Assembly (NCBI GenBank): GCA_007376395.1
Contig: VMGE01000003.1
Location: 26,057-90,056, forward strand
Length of the DNA: 64,000 nt
Reading direction: 5' to 3'
Source: Microgenomates group bacterium Gr01-1014_5
Lineage (GTDB): Bacteria > Patescibacteriota > Microgenomatia > UBA8517 > UBA10165
The position numbers were made by a program, and so were the translations under genes. Positions 63,273 through 64,000 of this stretch are shown piece by piece. Numbering within the stretch: position 1 is the stretch's first letter; the number at the start of each line of letters is the position of its first letter. Under the pieces are notes generated by a model. It was given only the letters and a program-made list of their open reading frames with translations. It did not search any database and was not told the origin of the DNA.

Positions 63273-64000
63273 ATGATGCAAAGTTTGACTAATGCCGCAA
63301 GACGTTTTTTTGGTCTTTTAGAAAAGCCCAGAGAGTATATTTTCCGAATTCCAGGATTACGCAGATTGCCTGAGAGGGCTCAGCGCGTTGTATATTTTTC
63401 CCTATCTCCCGCAATAATCTTGCTCTGGCTCTTACTCTATCTTTATTGGGGTCTACCCTTTCCTAATCAGATCACCTCTGAATTAAGAAATCCTGTTTCC
63501 ACTCAACTCTTAGACCGTAACGGTAAATTAATCTATGAAATTTTTGAGGAAAAGCGGCGCTCTCCTATTAAACTTGAAGACCTGCCGCCTTATGTTGCCC
63601 AGGCAACAATCGCGATTGAAGATAAAGACTTTTATAATCATTACGGCCTCTCCCTAACCGGAATTTTGCGCGCATTCTTCAAAACCACTACCGGCCAACA
63701 ACTACAAGGAGGGTCAACCATTACCCAACAACTAGTTAAAACCACACTTCTGTCCCCTGAACGAACTTTACGCCGCAAAATAAGAGAGGTTACTTTAACT
63801 TTAGTTATTGAAATTATTTATTCTAAAGACCGCATTTTGGAGATGTATTTAAATAACATTCCCTATGGCGGAACAGCCTGGGGAATAGAGGCTGCGGCCC
63901 AAGCTTATTTTGATAAACCTGCACGCGAGCTGACTCTTTCTGAAGCCTCTTTGCTTGCAGGTCTGCCGCAGCGTCCAACTTCATACTCCCCATTCGGAAC
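63273..64000 (+). CDS. Penicillin-binding protein 1A-type peptidoglycan glycosyltransferase (GT51). 5' part only; continues beyond the window.
   Basis: My translation from the ATG at 63273 gives an N-terminal TM helix, then EDKDFYNHYG and GGSTITQQL GT51 motifs. It is absent from the ORF track because it has no stop. Confidence 0.85.
   Translation, partial: MMQSLTNAARRFFGLLEKPREYIFRIPGLRRLPERAQRVVYFSLSPAIILLWLLLYLYWGLPFPNQITSELRNPVSTQLLDRNGKLIYEIFEEKRRSPIKLEDLPPYVAQATIAIEDKDFYNHYGLSLTGILRAFFKTTTGQQLQGGSTITQQLVKTTLLSPERTLRRKIREVTLTLVIEIIYSKDRILEMYLNNIPYGGTAWGIEAAAQAYFDKPARELTLSEASLLAGLPQRPTSYSPFG

Noticed and set aside
1-64000. Alternative genetic code (UGA to Gly, as in some candidate-phylum lineages)
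   Set aside because: Prompted by the trxA-TGA in-frame ORF. However, long conserved genes (nrdJ, ftsH, copA, tyrS, ligase) are complete with the standard code and use TGA, TAA and TAG stops at expected positions.

Overview
This 64-kb window is a gene-dense bacterial chromosomal segment with about 42% GC, almost all of it coding, most of it on the minus strand. I found no rRNA genes and no CRISPR arrays.

Recognisable housekeeping genes include thioredoxin reductase and thioredoxin, peptidyl-tRNA hydrolase, tyrosyl- and tryptophanyl-tRNA synthetases, RecF, Fpg, FtsH, an ATP-dependent DNA ligase, a standalone 5'-3' exonuclease, a class II (B12-dependent) ribonucleotide reductase and a PduO-type cobalamin adenosyltransferase. 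The C-terminal end of the window holds the start of a PBP1A-type transglycosylase gene.

The window also carries an unusually high load of selfish and accessory elements:
- Two inteins sit exactly at catalytic cysteines, one in the ribonucleotide reductase (NrdJ) and one in a nucleotide-sugar dehydrogenase.
- Three paralogous genes fuse a helix-turn-helix (HTH) domain to a LAGLIDADG-like domain; two of them lie immediately upstream of tRNA genes, and one of those is flanked by a duplicated tRNA 5' fragment.
- An integrative-element-like module encodes XRE and excisionase-type HTH proteins, a replication protein and a large serine recombinase.
- Also present are two tyrosine recombinases, two type II toxin-antitoxin pairs, a GIY-YIG nuclease and a Fic protein.

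A CsoR-headed copper-homeostasis island of about 7 kb encodes CopA, a CopZ-like chaperone and several membrane or Cys-rich proteins; two of them share an undescribed C-terminal C-[SG]-M-[GN]-M motif domain.

The most system-like unknown is an operon of a small protein, a membrane-anchored TraD/VirD4/FtsK-like ATPase and a 1017-aa protein with no recognisable domain (49.7-55.6 kb).

Other non-coding features include a 23-bp tandem iteron array, tandem hairpin repeats, a recurring 'AATTAG'-rich intergenic element, and short repeat families embedded in frame inside unrelated genes.

The overall flavour (small proteins, a split Pol I function, an intein-bearing RNR, many hypotheticals) is reminiscent of a small-genome uncultivated lineage such as Patescibacteria/CPR. 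That is an inference from gene content only. I used the standard genetic code.
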